From the NCBI GenBank assembly GCA_044359355.1, contig JBIKMH010000014.1, positions 1-64,000 of the forward strand: a stretch of DNA of 64,000 nt, read 5' to 3'. The notes under the pieces were generated by a model. It ran no database searches. It was not told where the DNA came from and saw only the letters and a program-made list of their open reading frames with translations. This DNA comes from Planctomycetota bacterium. Lineage in GTDB: Bacteria; Planctomycetota; UBA1135; GCA-002686595. Positions 52,305-60,338 of this stretch are shown here, piece after piece. The translations under genes were made by a program, and so were the position numbers. Within the stretch, counting starts at the first letter, position 1; each line of letters opens with the position of its first letter.

Positions 52305-55300
52305 TGGTTTACCTTGCAATCTCTCGTGTACTTCGCGACATCCTCCGCAGATGGGGTGCTTGTTGGTTTTTGTTCGAATCCATTACCAGAGAAATAAGGG
52401 GTGCACTGCTCACTGCAGCTCGCATGCCACCATGCGTAATACCAGTGAATGGGATACCAAGCACACCTTTGAGTCGAACCACACTGGCAGCACACTAGAA
52501 TATCGTCGCAATCGGCCCATACAAGAATTGGATCTTCATTGATGTACTTCACGCACCGATCCTTCTGTCCAGGCCAAGTATGACCCCAGATGTAATATGT
52601 CGATATACACGCACAATCCCCCGTCCCCGTAGGTCCGCCCCCTTCAGTTTCCTCCGAGTGCTCGTTGGTTATTGGTCGAAGGGGAGCGTTACTGCGGCGC
52701 ATAACGTGACGACCGATGGAATGATCGAGCTCGGAGGTAAGAAGGCTGGTTCCCGTCGGCCACGCGCCCTCAGTGAAGTTGGCAATCATCTGAGTATACA
52801 TTTGAGTTGAACAACGTAGCGGATCCCTTCTCCCCCACCTTCCCAGCTCCGCCATCAACACCCGATTGCGTGCGAGCCACTGGCTGCCAGCGAGGTTCGT
52901 CAACCCTTCATATCCCGCATAGCCCTTGCGGCTAGCCACCCCATTTGAGCTCAATACGCCTCGACCCAGCGTGATTCCTTGGTAGTTCGTCTGCAGCTCG
53001 CTCTTGTCGCTCGCATCGACATCACCATCCAGATCGACATCCCCGCGCACATCGTAAGCACTGGCCGTGATCCAGGTCTGCACCTGCGTGATGTCGGTCG
53101 CGTCGCAGTCGCCATCGGAGTCGGTGTCGCCACCAGGCAGCCCGATCGGGATGCCGTAGCTTGAGTACTTGACCCACTCCTTCAGCAGCCCGTTACCGCT
53201 CACCACCGCCGACACATCCGCGCGCCAGTTTTGCAGTAGGTAGTTGCGCTCTTCCAGCGTGCCATCGCTCGCGGCCGTCCAAGCGGTGTCCGCATCACGG
53301 TTCCTACAGATGACCAGATCGATGTAGCTCGATCCGCCCTGGCCGCTGGCTCCCGCTTGGTGCGGCACGAAGTCTTCCTTAGGGGCAGTATCGCTCTCCC
53401 CGAAGCGTGCAAGGAGCCGCCAGCGCTCATCAAACGCGTCGTAGTACCACTTGTCGTTGCTATCGACATCCCCATCGGTGTCGCTGTCCTCATGCACCCC
53501 GATGCGGTGGTTCAAGGCGTTGTAGCGGTACTCAGCAACAAGCGCTTGGGTAGAGGTGTTCTTGACCTTGCGCAAGCGGTAGAAGGCGTCGTACTCGTAC
53601 TCGTAGTGCTCGCCATCGTCGCTCAGATTTCCCGCCGCGTCGTAGGTGAGCGTGAAGTTGTTCGTGGCGTTGGAATCGGTGTCCCTAGCCGTCAGTTCAT
53701 TGACCGCGTTGTGAGTGCGGGTGTCGTCGTGCTCGCTGGTGTCGCTGAAGTCACCATCACCGTTGAGATCGAGCTTCTCCCGAGCCCAGTTGCCCGTGTG
53801 GCTCAAGGTCCACTGCTGATCCCGCGTCTTGCTGGTGATCGAGCCCGAGCTGAGTGTACCTTCTTCCGCTTGGATCAAGCGGTTGACGTTGTCCATCGTG
53901 TACTTCACATCGAGGCCGGTGTGGACATTGTCCTCGATCGAAGTGATGTTCGAGTTGCGGTCGTAGGTGATGACCGTCTGGTAGAGATCGCGATCGGTGG
54001 AGAGGTCTTTGGTCCAGCGATTGGTGGTGATGCGGTTGAAGCGATCCAGATCCACGATGGCGTTCGAGCCATCGTACACGCGTGAAAAGCACGCAATGGC
54101 GTTCAAGCGCGTGCGCACCAGAGTGCTGGTGCCTAAGTAGTCGTACTGCGCAATCGTCACCCCACTGCCCGTATCATCCACGACCGTCGAGACCCGCGAG
54201 GCCTCCTCATCGTGGAGACCGCCTGAGGTGCGGTAGGTGTAGGAGATCGAACGACTGCTGGGAAGCACCATGTTCGTCTTGCGCAGGGTGTTGCGACCAT
54301 TTGTCGCTTTCACCCAGGCATAGCTCACATCGTACTCGTCTCCCCCAGATGCGGCTACGGCTGAATTTCGATCTTGTTCAAAGCGCTCGAGGTTGGCCCA
54401 AGCGTCGTAGCTGTACCTGACCCCGTCCGTGGCGTTCCCAGCGGTGGTGGCGTCGTACTGCACGGCAGTGGCAAGGCGCCCAAGTGCGTCGTAGCTCCAC
54501 CCCTGGCGCCGCACCGCCCCATCAAAGCCCGAGGCAAGCGTCGAGACCACCTTCTTCACCATCCGACCGGCGCTGTCGTACTCCGTCTCGTAGACATTCC
54601 CTGACTGGTCCGACTTCCAGGTCTCCTGGCCTTGGGCGTTGTAGGCAAAGCTGACCACATCGCTGGAGCCTGAGGAGTCGGGGTAGGTGACGGTATCCGG
54701 AAGGTCATTGCGGGCAATGGCCGAATCCCCAGCCCCGCTGCCCTTGCTCGTACCGAAGCTGTAGGTGGTGACCTGATCCGCCTCAGGGCTGGGTAGGTCC
54801 GCCGTCAACGCCGTGCGCAAGCCGTCGGTGTAGCTGGTGATCAGCGCCACATCGTCTGCAGCACCCGAGGGCACCCCATCGACATAGTTTTGGATCTCCT
54901 TGGTGCGCCGGCCGAGGGCGTCGTACTCGTACTTGCGTACGAGGTTGAGAGGGTCGGTCACCGACTCCAGGCGCCCATCGGTTCCATAGGCGTTGGTGCT
55001 GCGCAGCGCGGTATCCGAGCGCGCGGGAGCAGTGGAAGGACGCGTCCAGGTCGCACCGCCATAGGTCCCGTACTCCACGCGGTCCACCTGACGCTCGACA
55101 CGGTCGTACCAGTAGGCACTGATCTGCACCCGGCCCTTGAGATCGCTCGCGGTGAGCGTCAGCGGGTCTAGGTCAGCATTGGTATCGAGCTTGCCGGTTG
55201 TCTCGCCGGTTGAGATGTCGCTGTGCAGGCGATCGAGCCGAGCCTCAAACAGCACCACGCCACTGGTCGTGCTTGCTGGGCGCGCCCCCCCCCGCTCCCA

Positions 55301-55315
55301 ACCCCGGGTCGGCAA
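52301..55315 (-). CDS. RHS-repeat (YD-repeat) polymorphic toxin, N-terminally truncated, with a Cys-rich C-terminal domain of unknown function
   Basis: 1004 aa from a TTG start directly after an in-frame stop. YD repeats throughout; RHS core end ...LMAELGRWGRRDPL; ~195-aa C-terminal tail rich in Cys/Trp/Tyr/His (CACISTYYIWGHTWPG...ILVCCQCGSTQRCAWYPIHWYYAWWHASCSEQC) with no known toxin motif. No PAAR or secretion N-domain. G9 tract 12 nt into the ORF. Confidence 0.85.
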   Translation of the reverse strand: MPTRGWERGGARPASTTSGVVLFEARLDRLHSDISTGETTGKLDTNADLDPLTLTASDLKGRVQISAYWYDRVERQVDRVEYGTYGGATWTRPSTAPARSDTALRSTNAYGTDGRLESVTDPLNLVRKYEYDALGRRTKEIQNYVDGVPSGAADDVALITSYTDGLRTALTADLPSPEADQVTTYSFGTSKGSGAGDSAIARNDLPDTVTYPDSSGSSDVVSFAYNAQGQETWKSDQSGNVYETEYDSAGRMVKKVVSTLASGFDGAVRRQGWSYDALGRLATAVQYDATTAGNATDGVRYSYDAWANLERFEQDRNSAVAASGGDEYDVSYAWVKATNGRNTLRKTNMVLPSSRSISYTYRTSGGLHDEEASRVSTVVDDTGSGVTIAQYDYLGTSTLVRTRLNAIACFSRVYDGSNAIVDLDRFNRITTNRWTKDLSTDRDLYQTVITYDRNSNITSIEDNVHTGLDVKYTMDNVNRLIQAEEGTLSSGSITSKTRDQQWTLSHTGNWAREKLDLNGDGDFSDTSEHDDTRTHNAVNELTARDTDSNATNNFTLTYDAAGNLSDDGEHYEYEYDAFYRLRKVKNTSTQALVAEYRYNALNHRIGVHEDSDTDGDVDSNDKWYYDAFDERWRLLARFGESDTAPKEDFVPHQAGASGQGGSSYIDLVICRNRDADTAWTAASDGTLEERNYLLQNWRADVSAVVSGNGLLKEWVKYSSYGIPIGLPGGDTDSDGDCDATDITQVQTWITASAYDVRGDVDLDGDVDASDKSELQTNYQGITLGRGVLSSNGVASRKGYAGYEGLTNLAGSQWLARNRVLMAELGRWGRRDPLRCSTQMYTQMIANFTEGAWPTGTSLLTSELDHSIGRHVMRRSNAPLRPITNEHSEETEGGGPTGTGDCACISTYYIWGHTWPGQKDRCVKYINEDPILVWADCDDILVCCQCGSTQRCAWYPIHWYYAWWHASCSEQCTPYFSGNGFEQKPTSTPSAEDVAKYTRDCKVNQ

Positions 55316-55443
55316 GGGTGGCTACCGACTCCCGAGCAGGGTCTCTACGACCTTGTGCGCAGCCCGCGGACGCAAGCCTCAGGCCACAATCTCACGAAGT
55401 AATTTGCACAAACGCGGGTTCAAGCCCGGCCACTCCAACCAGC

Positions 55444-56082
55444 ATGATCGCCACGGACTCCAACCGCGCTCCCAGGGCTTTCCTTGCACTCCTTCATCCG
55501 GGGCGTGTGCAGGAACTGCACGAGCGCCGGGACTGCGCCTGCGGCCTGTGGCCGGATCTGACGATCGCTTATGTCAACCCGGCCTGGGAGCGCTTCTCCA
55601 AGGACAACGGCGCCAACCCGGGATTCTCCATGCACTGGCGCGAGGGTTCCTCATTCCTTGACGGCGTCGGCCGCCCGCTGCGCGAGTACTACCGCACGCA
55701 CTTGCTCGATGCGCTGCACAAATCCCAGCCGTGGAGGAGCGAGTACGAGTGCTCCAGCCCCACGCTGTTCCGCCTCTACCAGATGGAAGCGGAGACCGTG
55801 GGCAACCGGGAAGGCCTGCTGATCACGCACACGCGCCTCGAACAGCGCCCCCACGACAAGACCACGGTGCGCGCTCCCGTGGATGCGACGCCCTGGAAGG
55901 ATCCGCACGGCCTGATCCAGCAGTGCAGCCACTGCCGCCGCGTGCGCCGCGCGGGCGAGGCCGAGGAGTGGGATTGGGTTCCGCAGTGGATCGAGCGCGT
56001 TCCGGAAACGGCCACGGGCAGCCTGTGCCCACCGTGCATCGCCACGCGCTATCCCGATCTCGTCAGGGGCAACACGGGCTGA
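55444..56082 (+). CDS. Hypothetical protein (PAS-like N-terminal region, C-terminal CxxC...CPPC zinc-ribbon-like)
   Basis: YVNPAWERFSKDNGANPGF..., QQCSHCRRV...SLCPPCIA. Confidence 0.45.
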   Translation: MIATDSNRAPRAFLALLHPGRVQELHERRDCACGLWPDLTIAYVNPAWERFSKDNGANPGFSMHWREGSSFLDGVGRPLREYYRTHLLDALHKSQPWRSEYECSSPTLFRLYQMEAETVGNREGLLITHTRLEQRPHDKTTVRAPVDATPWKDPHGLIQQCSHCRRVRRAGEAEEWDWVPQWIERVPETATGSLCPPCIATRYPDLVRGNTG

Positions 56083-56104
56083 GCCGGGCCCGGCGCCCGT
56101 CCGC

Positions 56105-56479
56105 TCACTCCAGCGAGTGGATCGCCCGCACGATGTGCGGCCACAACACGATCGCCAGGTCTTCGTTGCTCGACTGCAGCTTCCACGCGCGCTCGGCCAT
56201 CAGCACCACGCCGAACAGCGCGTGATACGCCAGCATGAGCGCCAGCACTCCGCGCAACAGCCCGGCGGACATGCGCTCCCAGGTGAGCGTGGCAGCCCAG
56301 GCGAGGCCCACCGAGACCCCGCCCACCACCAGGCCGATCAGCGTGTACGGCATCCAGTTGTGGGGCGCGTCCACTGCTGCCCGCAATACGGCCCAAGCGC
56401 TGATGAGCACCGTCAGGACGGCAAAGCTCCACAGCAGTGTGCGCGCCGGACCTGACCTCTGTGCCTCGGTTTCTTCCAC
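56105..56479 (-). CDS. Small integral membrane protein (hypothetical, 4 TM)
   Basis: 124 aa with four hydrophobic helices. Confidence 0.5.
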   Translation of the reverse strand: MEETEAQRSGPARTLLWSFAVLTVLISAWAVLRAAVDAPHNWMPYTLIGLVVGGVSVGLAWAATLTWERMSAGLLRGVLALMLAYHALFGVVLMAERAWKLQSSNEDLAIVLWPHIVRAIHSLE

Positions 56480-56548
56480 GAGACACGCATTCTATCCTCT
56501 CCGCCTGCCCGCACTGATCGGCATCAACTCACCACGCGTTCTCCTGCC

Positions 56549-56992
56549 ATGCCCCACACCATCCGACTGCACCGCGTCCTCCGCGCGCCCCCCGAGCGCG
56601 TCTACCGCGCCTTCCTCGATCCAGAGGCGCTCGTCAAGTGGATCCCGCCCCACGGATTCACTGGCAAGGTCGACTTTCTCGACGCGCAGGTGGGCGGCGG
56701 CTACCGCATGTCGTTCACCAACTTCTCCTCAGGCAAGTCCCACTCCTTCGGGGGCATCTACCGCGAGCTCGTCCCCAGCACCCTGATCCGCTACACCGAC
56801 CGCTTCGATGATCCGACGCTAGCAGGTGAAATGTGCGTCGCGATCCGGCTGAAGCCGGTGCAGGTCGGAACCGAGCTGGAGATCACACAGGAGGGCGTCA
56901 CGGAGCTAATTCCGCCCGAGTACTGTTACCTCGGCTGGCAGGAATCGCTCGAGCTGCTCGCAAAGCTCGTCGAGCCGGAAATTCCCGACTGA
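56549..56992 (+). CDS. SRPBCC-superfamily protein (AHSA1/Aha1-like)
   Basis: IRLHRVLRAPPERVYRAFLDPEALVKWIPP...FGGIYRELVP...AIRLKPV typical of Aha1-domain proteins. Confidence 0.85.
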   Translation: MPHTIRLHRVLRAPPERVYRAFLDPEALVKWIPPHGFTGKVDFLDAQVGGGYRMSFTNFSSGKSHSFGGIYRELVPSTLIRYTDRFDDPTLAGEMCVAIRLKPVQVGTELEITQEGVTELIPPEYCYLGWQESLELLAKLVEPEIPD

Positions 56993-56999
56993 GTCAAGC

Positions 57000-57062
57000 T
57001 CAGCAACCGCGCACGGTCGCTAGCAGTCTGGCGACATCCGCACTGCGCGCGCTCGGAAGTGC
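57000..57062 (-). pseudogene. C-terminal remnant of a TerB-like paralog
   Basis: Encodes ...LPSARSADVARLLATVRGC* versus ...ETSARKTDVSSLLATVRGS* at the end of 58325-59431 (about 85% nt identity over ~55 nt). Lies in a lower-GC ~390-bp intergenic region. Confidence 0.5.
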
Positions 57063-57385
57063 AGCAGCATTCCGCTCTGGCAATAGGGAGCAAAGACTCT
57101 GGCCTGGGGGTCTTCATGCTGCTCCGGATTTCTTGAGTTCCTGTTGCAGCACGCGTGATTCGATGCTGTGCGCGGCCGTTTCTGCGAGGTAGCAATGCTA
57201 GTGTTTTCGCCATCTGTTAGGAAAAGCGAACGGACCGCGCCGCTTGCTCGCATGGAGTTCTGTTGGGTAGCTTGACGGAACACTCGTTGGATAAGATGCT
57301 TTGCTCAGCGCTTTCGCATGGCGCTTCCGTATGACACCACCGGTTCAGAGGTGTCTAGCAGCTTCCCGAGGCAAGTCAGCCTTTC

Positions 57386-58078
57386 ATGACACACTTTCCA
57401 GATCGTTCCCCTCTACGCAGCCTGTGGCTCATCGCGCGACTCGCGCTCGCGCTCGGGCTGGGCGCCGGTTGGTTCCTGTTCAGCTCGCCCACAGCCGCGA
57501 CCCCGCCGGAACCGGAGCGCACGGTGAATGGCGAATTACTACCAGCTACAAGCTCGGCAATGGAGCTTCCCGCTGTGGATCGAGAGACCGTTCCAAGCTC
57601 TACGCCCGCTACTGCGTTGGAACCCGCGCCAACGGCAACCCAATCGCAGGAGCAGTTGATCGGAACTGCACGCATTCGCTTGGCGCCGTTGCAGGGACAA
57701 CTCGAGTCTTATGATCGCGACCCCAATTGGACCTCGGCTCGCGCTGTCATGCAGTCCTACATTGTCGTCGATATGGACTCCAAAGACCTATACAAGGTCT
57801 ACAACGGTGGCCCGATGTTCCCCCCCAATGCTCCCGGGATAGATCATATCTACTGCGCCGATCCGCGCGGTACCCGGACTTACAGCTTCACACGCGAGGA
57901 ATACCCCGAGTGGTTCGATTTGCACACTCCACCCGAGGACGACAAGATCACAGGCACTCAAGACGGGATTGCGATGCCCACCAAGATCGCACCCGAGCTT
58001 GCCGCACGAATCCGTGCTTTGGCAGTGGCCGCCATCGAGACCCACCGCGGCCGCGAAGGCGTGTACAGCAGTCCTTAG
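57386..58078 (+). CDS. Hypothetical membrane-anchored protein
   Basis: N-terminal TM (LWLIARLALALGLGAGWFLF), Pro/Thr-rich linker, ~130-aa domain. An antisense ORF (57788-58243) with its own signal peptide competes, so the coding strand is unresolved. Confidence 0.4.
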   Translation: MTHFPDRSPLRSLWLIARLALALGLGAGWFLFSSPTAATPPEPERTVNGELLPATSSAMELPAVDRETVPSSTPATALEPAPTATQSQEQLIGTARIRLAPLQGQLESYDRDPNWTSARAVMQSYIVVDMDSKDLYKVYNGGPMFPPNAPGIDHIYCADPRGTRTYSFTREEYPEWFDLHTPPEDDKITGTQDGIAMPTKIAPELAARIRALAVAAIETHRGREGVYSSP

Positions 58079-58324
58079 CGGCCAGGTATCGAGGGCCCAA
58101 GCCACCAAGCCCCAGTCGACCGCGCTCGGCTGGCCCACCGCTTGGATCGCCGGCATGCCCGCATCGGCGTGATGCTGACGCTTGGCAGCGACACGGATCG
58201 CCAGCCCAAGTCCGAGCGCGAGTGCTGAGACTTGCACTTTCATCCGAGTGCTCGACTCGGACTCGCTTCCAGTGCCTGCACACAGCCGGCTTCAGCAAGT
58301 TTGCAGCGGCTGATTCCTGCAGCC

Positions 58325-59431
58325 TCAGCTGCCGCGCACGGTCGCCAGCAGACTGCTGACATCCGTTTTGCGCGCACTCGTTTCGATCGCGCTCTGGTGC
58401 TGCGGATACAGAGTCTTCGCCCGCTCCACCTCGCGCGTGAAGATCGACTTGAGATCCACGTTCGACAGCGTCCGAGCGCCCGCGTAGTACTGCTTCGCCA
58501 CCTGCCCCAGCGCGTACGTGGTGGCAAAGCTCATCATCGCGCCCGTGGCCGTGCCGACCAGCTTGCCAGCACCCTTGCCCAGATACTTCTTCGCCAGCCC
58601 GCCGAGCAGATTGCGCGCGAAGTTCTCGACCACCTGCGAGGTCATGCCGACGCCGACCGTGGCGATCAGCTCCTTCACATGGCCGCGGTCGAGCGTGTAC
58701 CCATGGCGCTTACCGATCTCGTAGACCATCTTCATCTGCAGCGGGATGATCGCCATCGTCGCGATGCCCTGCGGCAACAACTCCAATCCACCATTCAGGA
58801 TCGAGTACTTCAGGATCGAGCTGTCGGCCTCGGCATCGCGGGCCGCGTTCGCCGCCGAAGCAGAACCTGCGCCGGCGCCGCCGGCAGCCGCAGTCCCGCC
58901 AGCCGCATTCCCGTCAGCAGCGGCAGCCGAGCCAGCACCTGCTCCCGCCCAACTTCCCGTTCCGCCGACACCCGCCACCCGCGGAGCGCCGGCAGCCGCC
59001 CCGGTCGGCAGCGGCGGCGGCAGACCGGCCTCGGCCACCGCGTCCGCCGTCGCGTTCAGCGCGCTCGCCTGGGCCGGAAGGATCTGGAGCGCCCGCTGCA
59101 GGTCCGCCAGGAATTGCTTCTCCGCCGGTGTGCAAGCACCGTCGGCATCGCACACCGCGACAGCCATCTCGTAGGCGAGTATCCGAGCCTCGTTGCTCTC
59201 CAGCGCCCGGGCCTCATCCGCGAGGCTGGTCTGCTTGAGCATCACCCGGCCGTAGGCGCTGGCAAGCGCGCGGGAGTCGTCGGAGCGGGACAGGCCATCG
59301 AAGATCGATTGGATCCGGGCGCGTTCCGATTCGTGCTTGGCGCCATCGGCCATGGCGGCCATGACGCAGAGGGCGGTTAGGGCTTCGAGTTCGCGGGGGG
59401 TCATGGGAGTGAGTGGGTGGTTACGCACCAA
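58325..59431 (-). CDS. TerB-like domain protein with Gly/Ala-rich linker and C-terminal Gly-zipper-like domain
   Basis: N-terminal TerB-like helices (ALCVMAAMADGAKHESERARIQSIF...), low-complexity AGAGAGSAAAADGNAAGG linker, C-terminal GxxxG-rich region (LLGGLAKKYLGKGAGKLVGTATGAMM). Confidence 0.55.
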   Translation of the reverse strand: MVRNHPLTPMTPRELEALTALCVMAAMADGAKHESERARIQSIFDGLSRSDDSRALASAYGRVMLKQTSLADEARALESNEARILAYEMAVAVCDADGACTPAEKQFLADLQRALQILPAQASALNATADAVAEAGLPPPLPTGAAAGAPRVAGVGGTGSWAGAGAGSAAAADGNAAGGTAAAGGAGAGSASAANAARDAEADSSILKYSILNGGLELLPQGIATMAIIPLQMKMVYEIGKRHGYTLDRGHVKELIATVGVGMTSQVVENFARNLLGGLAKKYLGKGAGKLVGTATGAMMSFATTYALGQVAKQYYAGARTLSNVDLKSIFTREVERAKTLYPQHQSAIETSARKTDVSSLLATVRGS

Positions 59432-59629
59432 GCTGCGGGAGATTCAGGGGAACTTCACCGATTCCCATCCTCGCCAGGCAGGAAAAGCTCTTGATACCCG
59501 TCCGCGGGACCTGAAGACTGCTGGAGTCTTCGCCTCGCACTTCCCGACGGGCTTCCGCTCTTGCGCGCGGAGCGGATGTTCGCGGGTCTTGCTCCCCTAC
59601 AACCGCAATTCCCCCGCGCCTTCTTTCGA

Positions 59630-60196
59630 ATGAGCGGCTTCGCGCTCGACTGCAATGCCAACGGGATTCCCGACAGCTGCGATCTCGCGGCGGGCGCCGC
59701 AGACTGCAACGGCAACCTGATTCCAGATCTGTGCGAGCTCGTCAGCGGCAGCCTGCCGGACTGCAACAACAACGGCGTGCCGGATTCGTGCGAGTGCTCG
59801 GCGGTCAACTACTGCATCCCGCTACCCAACTCAACGGGTGACGTGGCACTGATCGGCATGAGCGGCTTGCCGAGCCTGAGTATCAACAATGCCACGCTGA
59901 CGTGTGCACAGCTGCCCCAGCCGACCGTGGGGTTGTTCTTCTTCGGGACGGCGCAAAACTTGCCGGGGACACCATTCGGTAATGGTCGGCTTTGCATCGG
60001 AGGAACGATCAAGCGGCTACCCACCGTATCCACGAGCACGGGCTTTGCTTCCCAGTTGCAGAATTTCCAGAGTGGCCCGTACGGCGGCGTGCAGGCCGGC
60101 GGCACGCGCTACTTCCAGTTCTGGTACCGGGATGTGAGTGCCGGCGGCGCAGGCTTCAACGCCTCCGATGCGTTGCGCGTGACGTTCTGCCAGTAG
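59630..60196 (+). CDS. Hypothetical protein with CxNxNGxPDxC repeats and a C-terminal domain shared with 42313-43893
   Basis: DCNANGIPDSCD, DCNGNLIPDLCE, DCNNNGVPDSCE repeats; C-terminal ...GGTRYFQFWYRDVSAGGAGFNASDALRVTF. No obvious signal peptide, so it may be incomplete. Confidence 0.5.
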   Translation: MSGFALDCNANGIPDSCDLAAGAADCNGNLIPDLCELVSGSLPDCNNNGVPDSCECSAVNYCIPLPNSTGDVALIGMSGLPSLSINNATLTCAQLPQPTVGLFFFGTAQNLPGTPFGNGRLCIGGTIKRLPTVSTSTGFASQLQNFQSGPYGGVQAGGTRYFQFWYRDVSAGGAGFNASDALRVTFCQ

Positions 60197-60222
60197 GCGC
60201 GGAATCTGCAACCGACTCGGGT

Positions 60223-60251
60223 GGGTCCGCAGCCCTGCGGGTTGCGGACCC
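60223..60251 (+). terminator. Hairpin after 59630-60196
   Basis: GGGTCCGCA-gccctgcgggt-TGCGGACCC, 9-bp perfect stem followed by ATTT. Confidence 0.4.
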
Positions 60252-60338
60252 ATTTCGCTGGGACTGACCGTGGTGGCATCCGTGCTGGAAGCTCACCCGG
60301 GGGACTCGTAGGATCGGATCCCGGATACCTGAGACCAC

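Noticed and set aside
55283-55440. Frameshift at the G9 tract restoring a full-length rhs N-terminus.
   Set aside because: The alternative frame is open for only ~100 nt upstream and has no start. The other two frames have stops within 60-110 nt.
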